Shown here in pieces: positions 1 through 11,379 of a stretch of 64,000 nt of DNA. The notes below the pieces were generated by a model. The model saw nothing but the letters and a program-made list of their open reading frames with translations, made no database searches and was not told where the DNA came from. The position numbers and the translations under genes are program-made. Location of the stretch: NCBI GenBank assembly GCA_004431415.1, contig QPMI01000408.1, positions 496,001-560,000 on the forward strand. The letters are read 5' to 3'. How positions within the stretch are numbered: position 1 is the first letter of the stretch; every line of letters begins with the position of its first letter. This stretch comes from Cyanophora paradoxa CCMP329. Lineage: Eukaryota; Plantae; Glaucophyta.

Positions 1-299
1 CCCCGTCCCCCGCGATGTCCCTGGGGTGCCGGCACGGCCCGCAGAAAGCTGCGAGAGTCAGCGCTCCCGCGCGCGGGGCGCGCGGCTGCCGCTCACCTTT
101 GCTGCAGCGCGTGCAGACGGCCGGGAGGAAATCAGTCGAAGCGCACTGGGCGCACACCCTTCCGATCTCCAGCTCCATCGCTATGAGGTGAGCAGCTTGA
201 AGTTCAAGACTTCAAGTGGCGGTCCGGGTACGAAAACCAACAGGCGTCGGCTTGGCAAACGCGTAGGGCAGCTTGCGGCGCGCAGGACAGCGCAGCACG

Positions 300-1184
300 A
301 TGTCGGCGCAGCCCAGCGGTAACATGGCTCCGGCCGCGGCCGCGCAGCCGGCGGCGCCGTCGAAGTACAAGTACACGGGCAGCCACCCCATCGCGGCGAC
401 ATTCCACGTGCTCTTCAAGGCCTCTGCGCTGTTCATGTACATGTTCTCCTCCCTCTTCACCGACAGCTTTGTAACCAACTTTGTTATCATCACCCTTCTT
501 CTCGCGTTCGACTTCTGGACAGTAAAGGTTCGCGCACCACCGTGCATTGTCGGAGAAGCGCTTAGCTTGCCCCTACGGACCGAAGCCATATGAAGCGCTC
601 GCGCCGTCTGACCGCCCGCCCCGCGCTCGCCCGCCGGCGCCGCCACCGCGCGGCCTGGCTGCAGGCGGGTGAATGCACAAGCGCTCTGACCGTTCGACCG
701 CGCAGAACGTCACGGGCCGCTTGTTAGTCGGCCTGAGGTGGTGGAACGAGGTCAAGGAAGACGGCAGCAACGAGTGGATCTTCGAGTCGGCAGGGGTGCG
801 CTCGGCGCCAGCTAGCATCCGTTTCCATCTTATAGCTCTCCGATGCCCACAGGAAACGAAGACGATCAGCTCGTCGGACAAGACCATCTTCTGGGGCGCC
901 CTCCTCATCGCCCCCGGCCTCTGGGGCCTGTTCGCCTTCACGTGCCTGTTTACATTCAAGTTCCAATGGCTCACTGTGGTCATCCTGGCGCTCGTCCTGA
1001 ACTGCGCCAATGTCGTCGGCTATGTGAAGTGCAACAAAGGTCCGTTCTCCTTTTCTTCTCTTTCCCGAAACGAGTCCTCTGTTACGTTGACTGACTACTC
1101 TCTGCAGACGCGAAGAAGAAGGTCCAGCAAGGTCTGGCGACCGCGTCTCTCACAGCGCTAACAGGATGGTTCTCGCGTTCGTAG
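300..1184 (+). CDS. TVP23: Golgi membrane protein TVP23/FAM18 family (4 exons)
   Basis: Spliced translation HPIAATFHVLFK...DFWTVK|NVTGRLLVGLRWWNEVKEDGSNEWIFES...LNCANVVGYVKC matches the TVP23 signature; GT-AG introns. Confidence 0.93.
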
Positions 1185-1591
1185 CTGTAGGTAGAAACCG
1201 CCCCTCCATTCGCGTTCCTCTTCCTTCCTTTCCTCCTGCACTATATTTTTGTCGATCAGCAGCCCTTTGAATATTCTCGTCGATCCGAATTCGAAGCCCT
1301 TCGCACGCCGTGCCGCCCACACATCGGCCTTAAGCTTACAGCATCTAGCGCAGCCAGCATGGACGGGAATTGTCAGTGCGCGGCCTGGCCGTGCGCGCTG
1401 AACTGGAGAACGCCGAGTCGTGCTGCACTGTGCGGCTGCTATCTGGTTGACATAGAACTCCCGTGCCACAGAGCGCCACGGCGTGCGAGGCCGGCACATG
1501 CATGCTCCCCGTGGACAGTTCAAGGACCGCACACTGGTACGCACGAAGACCCTAGTTACTAGTTTATTGCTACAAAGGACATTCAAGCTTT

Positions 1592-1842
1592 TCACTTGAA
1601 CTTGCTCGAGAAGCCCGAGCCAGCGCTGCCCATCTGAGCGGTTGAAAATAAGTGACGCACGGCGGATGCGCGGAACGAGAGCAGAAGAGCGAACCTTCTG
1701 GGCCTGGCCGGCGGTCTGGGCGGCCTTCTCCTTCGCCTTGGCGAGGACGATCTCGCGGATGCAGTCGATGTCAAGGAGGAACGCGAAGCAGCCCATCTGG
1801 GACTTCGCCGCCTTGATGAGCGCCTCCTCGGCCGCCTTCTCT
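1592..1842 (-). CDS. small hypothetical protein (5' exon not located)
   Basis: Two exons with clean splice sites and biased codons: EKAAEEALIKAAKSQMGCFAFLLDIDCIREIVLAKAKEKAAQTAGQAQK|MGSAGSGFSSKFK*. Confidence 0.5.
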
Positions 1843-2527
1843 GTAAACCGAAGACGTCAGACCGCGAGCGCGAAAGCTGGGTTGAGCTGGCGACACCCAT
1901 CCCTTCACTACTTCGTTTAGCGTCGAACCACACGGGGCACGCCTCGAGGCGATCATAGATAGCTTTCTAGATCGACGATTCCATCGAAGCTAGGCGTCAC
2001 AAGCATGACGCTGCCGGACAAGCATGCGGGGTGGTCGGGCCGTTGGGCCGTTAGAGTGCAATGCGGTCCGGAGGACGGAACTCACAGCCACGCATCTTAG
2101 GTGATTATTCTCTTTCGAAGTAGCGCAGCTCGCGGAGAATCCGGAAATGTCGAAAAGCCTCGAAAGCCCGGTTTTAGGTTCGGGGAAATGCTATCGGCCG
2201 GCCCGGGTCCCACGATGGAGAAAACGCACCAGCCGCGGACTGGATCTTGCCCTGGGCCGCGCCCATGGCCGCACCGCCCGCCGCGCCGCCGATGTTGGGA
2301 CGGTTGAACATGGCTGTGAACTGGGCGGGCCGGAATCGCGTCAGCGCGAGTGACAAAGTGTCCGAGAGGGTCGAGCGAACGTCAGAACGCACGTTCTCGG
2401 AAAAGTACGAGTCTGCGAAGGGGTACAAACGCTCGTCGCCGGAAAGCGACGTACCCGCTCGAGCCGTTGTCGATCCGAGAGAGCCAGCAGCGGCAGCCTC
2501 AGAGGCTCCACCGGCCACTTCTGGATC

Positions 2528-3841
2528 ATGCCCGGGCTTCCAATTATCGAGCTTGGTGACCCGATTCCCAAGTTGGTCGCGCACAAGGAGTTCGAGCCAG
2601 ATTCCGTGGAGGATGGCCAGCTGACACCTAGAGAGAGGCACGGACTACACGGGCAGCTCCAGGTGCGCCGCGCAGCACTCGCTCGGAGCTCGGAGGCGCC
2701 AGGGGTCCGATTCGGCGACCTGACGAGCGCGCGCGCACGCCAGATTCAGCTCTTTTCCGGAAAGGGCTTCGAGGGCACGAACAGTGAGCACCCCCCCGCG
2801 CGCATGAGACGCGAATCGGCCACGCGGCGCTAGTAGTCCCTCGTGCCCGGTACCGGGCCTGCCGGCTCTCGCGCGCATGCGTACGCTCCCTCCCTCCCAC
2901 ACATTCGGCTTCCGCAGATGCAGTCGTGCTGTTCAGCGTCGGAGAGGAGCAGGCGGAGACGCCTTACACGCGGCGGGACCCTCACACCGGGCTCTTCTCC
3001 TTCAACCAGGAGCACGCGTTTGAGATTGAGCCTTTCTCGTACCCGAAGATATTTATCAAGGTTTACGACAGTGACAGGAGGAAACGCATCGGTTCGCTGC
3101 CGCGCCGCCTCGCTGATTCTCGAAATTGATCCGCTGATCACATCGCACACATTGCAGGAGCGATCAAGATGGGATACGTGCGGATGGCGGCGCGAAGCCC
3201 GCCGGAATCGGAGCTGTGGGTGAGCGTCGCCACGCCGGCTTCGCGGCGCCGCGAGGCGGGCGACTCGGCGGGCCCCGTCTCCGGAGATCTCCACGTCCGC
3301 GTCCGCTTCCTCCACTCCCGTGCGCGCGCGTACCCCGCCGAGATCCGATTCGCGTACCCCGTCGCCCTCCGACCCGGCCCTGCAGCGGACTCGGAGGGGT
3401 TCGTCGCCTCTTCGCCCCAGTTCGCCACGCCGCCCCGGGGTCCCCGGCGCTCTCGCAGCTGCGGTCGCGGCGGCCGGCGGGAGGGCGACCCCCGGACGCG
3501 GGCCCCTCCTCTCGACCCCCTCAAAGGAATGGGGCTCCCCGGCGGCCCCGACCACGCGATCCTTCACCGACCGGCGCGCCTCCGCCTCCGCCTCCAACGG
3601 CGGCGGCTGGCTGGCGCGCATCGGGCTGAAGTGCATACCCGACTCCTGGAGCTGCTGGGAGGATCAGTGCGTCTTCTGGGAGAAGCGGCGGGCGGGCGGG
3701 GAGTACGCGAATCCGACGCCGCTCCCCGCCATCACCGTCTCCCCGACGGGTACCCCCCGCTCCGTCTCCCTCGGCTCGGCGCCCTCCTTCTCCTCGTCCG
3801 CCCCCCTCGTCACCCGCACCGGAAACCGGATCGTCCTCTGA
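2528..3841 (+). CDS. C2-domain-like protein, paralogue 1 (apparent frameshift near 3430)
   Basis: Spliced GQLQ|IQLFSGKGFEG..|DAVVLFSVGEEQAET...FNQEHAFEI...IFIKVYDSD..|GAIKM...GDLHVRVRF has the C2 beta-sandwich pattern; collinear with the copy at 4607. Confidence 0.65.
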
Positions 3842-4606
3842 CCGCGCGCCCCCGAACTCCAGCTTGCCCAGATAGCGCGCTCAAGCGCGCCGCGCAGCGA
3901 ACCTCGACTCATGCCCAGGGCTCAATCCAGCACTGGTGTACGATCGATATGCTAGCTATAGCTATTCGATAGAGATTTCATTATACTTCTGTTCGCAGAT
4001 ATTGCATTATTCCATCGGCGCCACGGCCGCGGGCCGCGCCCGATGCATATGCTTTGTTAGTTTGTAATATTTATTGTGCAGACGTCGACTTTGCGCACGC
4101 GCATGCAGTTGAGATGTGTCGACGTCCGGCATGCGCATGCCATGATGTCGACGCGGAAACGCGCGCGCGCGTACGCAGCGCTTGGCCGCGCCGGGCGCCT
4201 GCAGCTGCAGCTGTGCGCACGTGCACCATGATTATGATTGGATCAGCGCTAGCGCTAGCTAGATCTGCGCATATGCATGCGCATGCGCATGCCGCGGCCG
4301 CGGCCGGCCGCGGGCGCCTGCGCACGCAGCAGCTGCCGCAGTGCGCCTCAGGGCCTCGCGCGCGCTCCGGCGCGGACCGCGCCGGCGCCTTCAAGGCTTA
4401 AGCTTGCGCATGCATGCATATGCAATTGACGGCGAGGGAGTGGCGGCCCCGGCCCGGCGGCGGACTCGGGAGCGTTGGAACGTTGGGGGTACGTCCACTC
4501 TAGCAAGTTGATAGCTAGAGACGTTATCGATCGGTGACGCAGCAGACACACCAGCGAGCACATATAAACAGAACCAGCGCGCGGAACAGCGTGGCTGCTA
4601 GGGCGC

Positions 4607-6506
4607 ATGCCGGCGCATGCCGGCGCCGGCTACGAACACATCCAGCACAAGGAGTTCGCGCTCGATTTCTCGCAGGATGGTCAGCTGACGCCCAGAGAGA
4701 GGCACGGGCTTCACGGGCAGCTCCAGGTGCGCCCTGCGGGCTCGGCGGTCGGGTCCGCGACGAGTCTCGAGAGTTCACTGCAGCTCGGCGCTTGGCAGGT
4801 CGAGCTTTTCTCGGGCAAGGGATTCGAAGGCACGAAACGTGAGCACATGCCTCGCAGAATCACTAGCAGCCGCGCTGCGCCCAGCCGCTCAGCTGTAGCT
4901 AACTTAGTATACGTAGTAACTAGTACTCAAGCTAACGCCGGGCCCGCAACCTGCCTTGCAACCCTTCCATGCACAGCCAACCCTTTCTCCGAGGCACTCA
5001 TTCGGCTTCCGCAGATGCAGTCGTGCTGTTCAGCGTCGGGGAAGACCTGGCGGAGACTCCCGTCGCGCGGCGGGACCCTCGCACCGGGCTCTTCGAATTC
5101 TCCTTCAACCAGGAGCACGCTTTCGAGATTGAGCCCTTCTCGTACCCGAAAATACTGCTCAAGGTGTACGACTGCGACAACAGCAAGCGAGTCGGTGCGC
5201 CGCCGCGCCGCGGCTTTGGATTATGGAATTTGATCCGCTCGCGGCGCCGCGTCGCAGGGGCGATTAAGATGAGCTATAACGGGATGGCGGTGCGAAGCCC
5301 GCCGGAATCGGAGGTGTGGGTGAGCGTCGCTACGCCGGCTGCGCGGCGCCACGAGGTGGGCCCCGTCTCCGGAGAGCTCCACGTCCGCGTCCGCTTCGCC
5401 CACCACCGTGCGTGTACCCCCGCTCGAGCCTCGCGTACCCCCGCCGCCATCCGACCCGGCCGTGCAGCGGACTCGAGCGGATTCGTACCCTATGCGCCCC
5501 AGTTCAGCATGCGCACGCCGGCCCCCGCGCCCCGCGGGCCGGCCCCCGCGTCCCTGCGGTGGCGGCGCTCGAGCTCGGGAGGCCCAGGGGCACGGGAGCC
5601 CCTCCTCACGAGCCCCACCCGCGGCCGGGATCCCTTTCCCGCGAGTCCTTCGCCCGGCCGCGATCCCTTTCCTTCGAGCTCGAGCACTCCGACCGTTCGC
5701 GGTCTCTTCCCTTCAAGCCCCCCACCCGGCCGCGACCCCTTCCCCTCGAGCCCCACGCCCAGCCGCGAGCCCCTTCTCGCGAGCCCCACGCCCAGCCGCG
5801 AGCCCCTTCTCGCGAGCCCCACGCCCAGCCGCGGCCGCGACCGCGAGGCCCTCTCCACAAGCCCACCGGTACCTTCGCCCGGCCATGGCCACGAGGGCCC
5901 CCCCATGGCCACGAGCCCCGCGCCCGATCCCCGTCCCCAAGGGCCTCTCTTTGCGGGCCCCGCGCCGGCGCCGCCCTTCGCGATATCGATCCCCGCGAAG
6001 GAGCGGGGCGCCCCGGCGCCGGCGCCCGCGGCACCGGCTCCGGAGCAGTGGGGCCCCCGGAGCCTCCCTGTAGCTATAGCGCCGGAGCAGGGCCCTCCAC
6101 TCGCGAAGCAGTGGGGCCCCCCGGAGGCCGCGGCCCCGGGTGCACGATCCGTCGCCGCCCGCCGCGCCGCCGCCGCCGCCTCCAGGGGCGGCGGCGGGTT
6201 GGCGGCGTGCTTCACGCTCAGCTGCAAGGTGCCCGACTCCTGGACCTGCTGGCACTACTTCTGGCAGACGGGGCAGGCGGCCCCGGGCGGCCCCGGCCCG
6301 TCCGCCGAGCCCGCTGGCTCCGAGCCCACGCCCCTACCCCCCTCCGGACCCCCCACGGGCTCCCCTACCCCGCGCTCGGACTCCGGCTCCCTCGGCTCTG
6401 TCCCCTCCTTCTCCTCGTGCGCGTACCCCGCCATCGAGCCCCCCACCCTCGCCCTTTCCTTTGTTTTCGTGACCGTCCTCGCAGCGGGGCGCATCTGGTC
6501 AGGTGA
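4607..6506 (+). CDS. C2-domain-like protein, paralogue 2 with Pro/Ser-rich expansion
   Basis: Same intron positions and closely similar peptide to 2528-3841; predicted last exon SSGAHLVR*. Confidence 0.65.
5747..5832 (+). repeat. 33-bp coding minisatellite (~2.5 copies; SPTPSREPLLA)
   Basis: cgagccccacgcccagccgcgagccccttctcg repeated in tandem. Confidence 0.8.
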
Positions 6507-6977
6507 TCGGCGTCCGAGGCTCCGGATCCCAATGATCTATAGCTATACTAGTTTATTCGTGTTGATTGAAGTCGTCCATGATCACAGTCCTCATGCCTTG
6601 CATATGCATGTAGTGCAACATTGTAGCCTAGTAGTACTAGTGCAAAACGCAGTGCAAACGTTGACCGCTTTTCACTACTAGCCCAGTAGTCTAGTCACTG
6701 AGTGTTGCAGTACGGAAGTGTTTGAATTTCCTGTGACCTTTACGCAAATTAGTGCAAATTTTCCTTGCAACTGAAAACTGTACATGCATGATGTATTGTA
6801 GTACATGCATGATGTATTGTAGTACAGTATACGTATGTACCGTAGTAGGCGTGTTTCAAATCACAATATTTTGATCATGATCGAGCCTCGTGGCGTGCCT
6901 GTTTGTATCAGGGACTAACGTGTGCAACCCCCCCCCCCGGTATACGTCAATTCAAACTCGGCGGCAAATTTTTGAAC

Positions 6978-7510
6978 ATGGCGGCACCGGCGGCACCCGC
7001 GGCGGGCTCCGTGCCCGCGGGAGAAATCGAACGTGTCGTGATCCACAGGAAGGGCAGCCCGGATGCGCCGCCTGTGCATTTCAAGCCGGACATGCTCAAC
7101 GCCCGCCCCGTTGACGTTGTCCTGCGGCTGCTCAAGACGACTGTGTTTCAGAATCTGGACGCCGAGAACATGGAATTCGTGCTCGAGAAGCGCCACGACG
7201 GCACGTCGGAGGAGCTCGAAGACATCAGCCTCCTGTGCTCCACCTCGGGCTGGAAGACGGGCAAGCAGGGCGTCTACTACACGGCAATGGGTGCGCGTGC
7301 TCACGCTAACCGCCGCCCGCGCTAACCGCTCGGCGCGCAGACGACCAGCCCGAGGTCGCCGCGCCGGCCGAGCCCGCCCAACGGGCGGCCACCTTCGGGG
7401 TCCGGTTTAGCGGCCGCTCCAGTCAGGGCCTTGCGGACGCGGTCGCGAGCTCGGGGCGCGGTGCGCTCGCAATCGCCGCCATGTCGATTCAAATTTTGGC
7501 GCCCAACTGA
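6978..7510 (+). CDS. transposon-borne hypothetical protein (possible beta-grasp/ubiquitin-like fold)
   Basis: MAAPAAP...IERVVIHRKGSPDAPPVHFKPDMLNARPVDVVLRLLKTTVFQNLDAENMEFVLEKR...VYYTAM, one GT-AG intron near 7291-7340; the fold is a guess from the secondary-structure pattern. Confidence 0.55.
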
Positions 7511-8941
7511 CATTCAAATTTTCAAATTTTGGCGCCCAATTTTGGCGATAAGTCCATCGCCGTCCAGGCTGCCTGCGGTAGTCTGGAGGGGGGAGAGGGG
7601 GTGCTTGAGACTGAGAACCTGCGCCCGCATCTACTGCCTCCGCAATGATTAAAGCCTCCGTTGCCTGAAGGCCGACGTCATCGTGGAAGTGCTGGTTGCA
7701 CTCCTTGAACTCAGCCTCGGAGATGGTCTTCACTCTCTCACCGCTGAGCCTTGCCACAGTGCGGATATCCATGCGACTGTAAAGAGATCAGAAAGGGTAC
7801 TGTCACAGGGGGTGGGTGGGGGGGGGGGCGGGATTAGTATGTACCACTCAGGACAGGACGGCCTCCCGTGCTTCAGCAGGTCCATGATGCAGGATTCATG
7901 GAACTTGTGGGAACAGATCTTCCCCTCGCTGTCGGCCACCGTCACAGGGAGCCCTCTCTCAGGATCCTGGACTGAGCTCAAACAGACTGAGCAGGTTGCA
8001 TTGATCCCGATCAGAAGATCAACAGCCTCCTTGTCCTCCTTCGAAATTGATGCACGTGCTCTGCACGTTCACGACTGTCAGCAAAAACATCTGCTATGCA
8101 GCAGCATCTGCAGACCTCAGCTCCTGTATAGCGCCCTCGGACAAGTCCATAGCCGCCATCTCGGCTAACTCCTCCTCCGTGGGGGGCAGAGAACTTCTTC
8201 AGCAGGAGCGGGCGTGGGCGGCACAGGATCGACCCTAGGGGCGCCGCACGACTGTAAGAGATTGGTACAACTGTTGTGCAGCAGCAGAGCACGCACTCGA
8301 CTGGAACGAAGAACAGGAACACGGGCACACGGCCAGGCACATCCGGCGACGCAGCCGGCGCGGGTGGCGCCGCCTCCTCAGCCTTGTTTTCAGTTAGCTC
8401 TGATTCATTCCTGTACAGGTATCATCAGCGCGGATGGCGACGGATCGCGGGCAACGCACGTCGCAGTGACCGTTGCACTAAGGGCGATCGGCTCCGGCGA
8501 CGGGGCGAGGGGGGAGTGCGGAGCGCAATCGTGCACGTCAACGGTCGCTTTCTGAGGCGGGCTGCAGCTGATGGCGGTGGCTGGCGCTGGCTGCTGGCTG
8601 GCGTCGACGTCTTGGTCGGCGGGCTGCGCAGCGAACAGCTGTCTGCAGGTGCTGTCCTCAACAGCTGTCTTAGCTATGAGGTCCTCGGGTGGCGCCGGCG
8701 GCTGCGGCTTCGGCGCCGGCGGCTGCGGCAGGTGGCGTCCCGCTGCGGCTTCGGCGCGCGCTCCGGCAAGCCTGGCGGGAGCATTACGATCGCCGGAGTC
8801 GCGGAAGGGCCCACGGCTGCGTGGCGAAAGCGCGCACGCAAGCGCGTCTGCATCGGCCGCGCTTCCCCCTCTTCTTGAGCCCCGTGCGCCCCATCGAGTC
8901 CTTGCGCTCGTCCCCGCACCTGCAGGCATTTGGAAACTCAC
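7407..8941 (-). CDS. transposon-borne RING-H2 zinc-finger protein (putative E3 ligase; start uncertain)
   Basis: Splicing intron 7844-7777 gives CSVC...CSHKFHESC...CPEC (C3H2C3), preceded by a low-complexity Pro/Ala region. Confidence 0.72.
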
Positions 8942-9172
8942 TCGAGCTGCAGGTATTGTCGGGGAGCTGCTCGCATCTAGGCTGGCTGCAGCCGAGGTGA
9001 AGCTTGAAGGTAGTTCTGTCTCTGGATGTTCATCCCGAGCTCTAGGCCTAGGTCAATGTCACTTTGCTGTATGTGGATGTTTCCATTTCCTTTCCCGCCC
9101 AGTGCGAGCAGGAGAGAGCGTTTCATTAGACATAGCCAGAGCTAGCTATATCAAGCTAGGGCTAGAGGGCCG

Positions 9173-11379
9173 CTAGAGGGCTAGCCTAGCGGGCCCGGGG
9201 GCCGCGCACGAGGGGATCGAAATTGTGCACATAATAAAAGAAAGCTGCACGCATTTCCTGGGCTCCAGCAGGTACTCGTCCGGTGGGAAGAAGCCCATCC
9301 CCTGCATTGACCGGGCACGGGGCGCGTCGTTGTTGGCGGGTGCGTCGTGCACCCACTGCATCCAGCCGGGGATGGACACATCGTACAGGTGCAGGTCGGA
9401 AAGCTGCTCGTTCAGCTGCAGCATGAACAAGAAGAGCCGGGGAGCCCTCCAAGGGGGTTGCTGGAGTACTGCTCCGCAATGCGTCCACGTACCCCGGAGC
9501 TTCCTCATCATACTCCCGCCCGAAGTTGACCACATGCTTCCAGATCTCCTTCAAGTCCTCATTGCATTCCTTGAACATCTCGTCCCGCAGCATCCTGAGC
9601 GTGAGGAAGCTTGATAAACAATGAAGGGAGTGCCCGGGCAGGTAATTTCACACCGGAGAGTCGTGCGGGGTTCGTCAAAGACGACGAAGTCGGGCTCAAC
9701 GGGGTCCTTCATGCGGCTGTCAAGGACCGAGCCGTTGACAGAGCCGCCCTCTGGTTGTGGATATCCTTCATTTCCGTCCACTCTGGCAGGTTGAACATCA
9801 GAGGCCGCATGTAGTTCATGTTCTCGCGCCTGCACCCGGGCCCAGTGAGCTGGGACCAGCACAATTTAAAGAACAGGGAACAGGTGCCGCAGTGCATACC
9901 ACCAGTCTGGCCTGCCGTTCTGCCCCCCGTCTCCTTGGAGCCTGAATTCACGTGGTGGTTCCAGCTGTTCTTCGCGATGGCGAGGCCGTACTCCATCACG
10001 TACATGGTCGCCTTCGCCATGGCAAACAGCTGTTGAGGGTCGAGTCTGAATGCAAGCGGAGAATAATAAGCATGCATGCCAAGTGAATTCGAATGCACGC
10101 ATGCAAATTAAGAGCTCTTAATTTGGCAAGTCTCAGCCAGAAGTAACTGATTGTAGCCTTCCAACATGTACATAGGGATGGCCATCATGGTCTGTAGCTG
10201 TCATCGACTGGCGGGTCGCACGAAGGGCACCTGTTGTACCACTCGAGCATCTCCAGCATCACAGCCGCATCCACGATGGGCTTCGTGACCTTGACATTCA
10301 CCCACCTGCCCATGGAGTGTTACCGGAGAGAGCAAATACAGAAGGAATGCGTGGGGGAGAGGGCGTGTCCATCACCTCCAATTCTTCTCGACCTTCGGGT
10401 TCCGGTAGGATGGGCCCACCATGACGGCGTCGCGCAGGTCGTTGGGATCTTCGAAGTTGAGCCTCCGCCAGGGAAGGCCGGTGGTGGGGTCCGTGATGTT
10501 GCCCTTCGCAATTTCCTCGTCGATCAGCCGCTCGGTTTCCTCCAGCACGAGCGCCTTTCGGTGGCCGCGCCCCGGGGGTCAGGTGCGGCGCAGGTGAGCA
10601 AGAGGAGTGGGAGGGAGCACACGTGGGCTGTCCAGGTCAGCCGGTTCTCTGCGCCGCAGTCCGAGGAGACCGTGTCGAAGACCCCGAACTCCTCCACGAC
10701 CGACCTGCAGCTCTGGGGTCACGGAGCACGCAGCTGCGAGGCGTGTGCCCCTCGCGCGCACTTGTACAGTTTGTAGCCTTGTATAGTGGAGCGAGCAAGC
10801 CCGCAATGCAAGTCCAGGATGAATGTGGACGTATTCTCCACGGCCGCGAAGATGTAGACGTTCGTGTACGGCACCGCCTTCTCGTTCTGGTCGAAACCGA
10901 CACTCCAGCCGAAGAACTTCCTGCGCACAAGGCGTGCGTCAGCGCGGCGCGGCGGTGCGGCACGGGCGGCGTGGCGGCGCGGACCCGTAGAAGGTCGAGC
11001 GGTGGATGGACCTGCGCTTTTTCGCGAACTCGCCCAGGCGAACGTTGCGTCCCGTCGGATCCAGCTCCGCGAGGGCGTGCTGAATCCTAGACTTCGCCAC
11101 AGTGATGCCCGCGGCCCTGAGCGCCCCGCGGATCGCGTCGTAGCCGTATCCGTCGCCGCACAAAGTCGCCGCTTCTTCTACGACATCGTAAACTGCCTCC
11201 TTTGAGAGAGAGTAGTCCGTCGAGAGGTCGAGGTCGCTGAGCTTGTAGCGCAGGGCGCGCATCGAAATCTGGATTTGGTGCTCCTCGTGCAGCAGAGCCA
11301 CGATCTCCCTCGCCTTTCTCTTCTGAGCCACATACTCCTCCAGAATCTCCGGGTCGATGTAAATCTCGAAGCCGCTCAT
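9173..11379 (-). CDS. IS3EU-type transposase (N-terminal HTH region + integrase-core DDE domain), multi-exon
   Basis: ISMRALRYKL...GYGYDAIRGALRAAGITV...LAELDP; then GFDQNEK (D1), TVSSDCGAEN (D2), SYRNPKVEKNWR (E), then SWNHH; 3' exons uncertain. Confidence 0.85.

Noticed and set aside
3420-3445. Programmed frameshift or pseudogenisation in C2 paralogue 1 (also frame switches in the kinesin tail and the 42-45 kb gene)
   Set aside because: The switches fall in G/C homopolymer-rich tracts; sequencing indels or unrecognised short introns are more likely and cannot be excluded without reads
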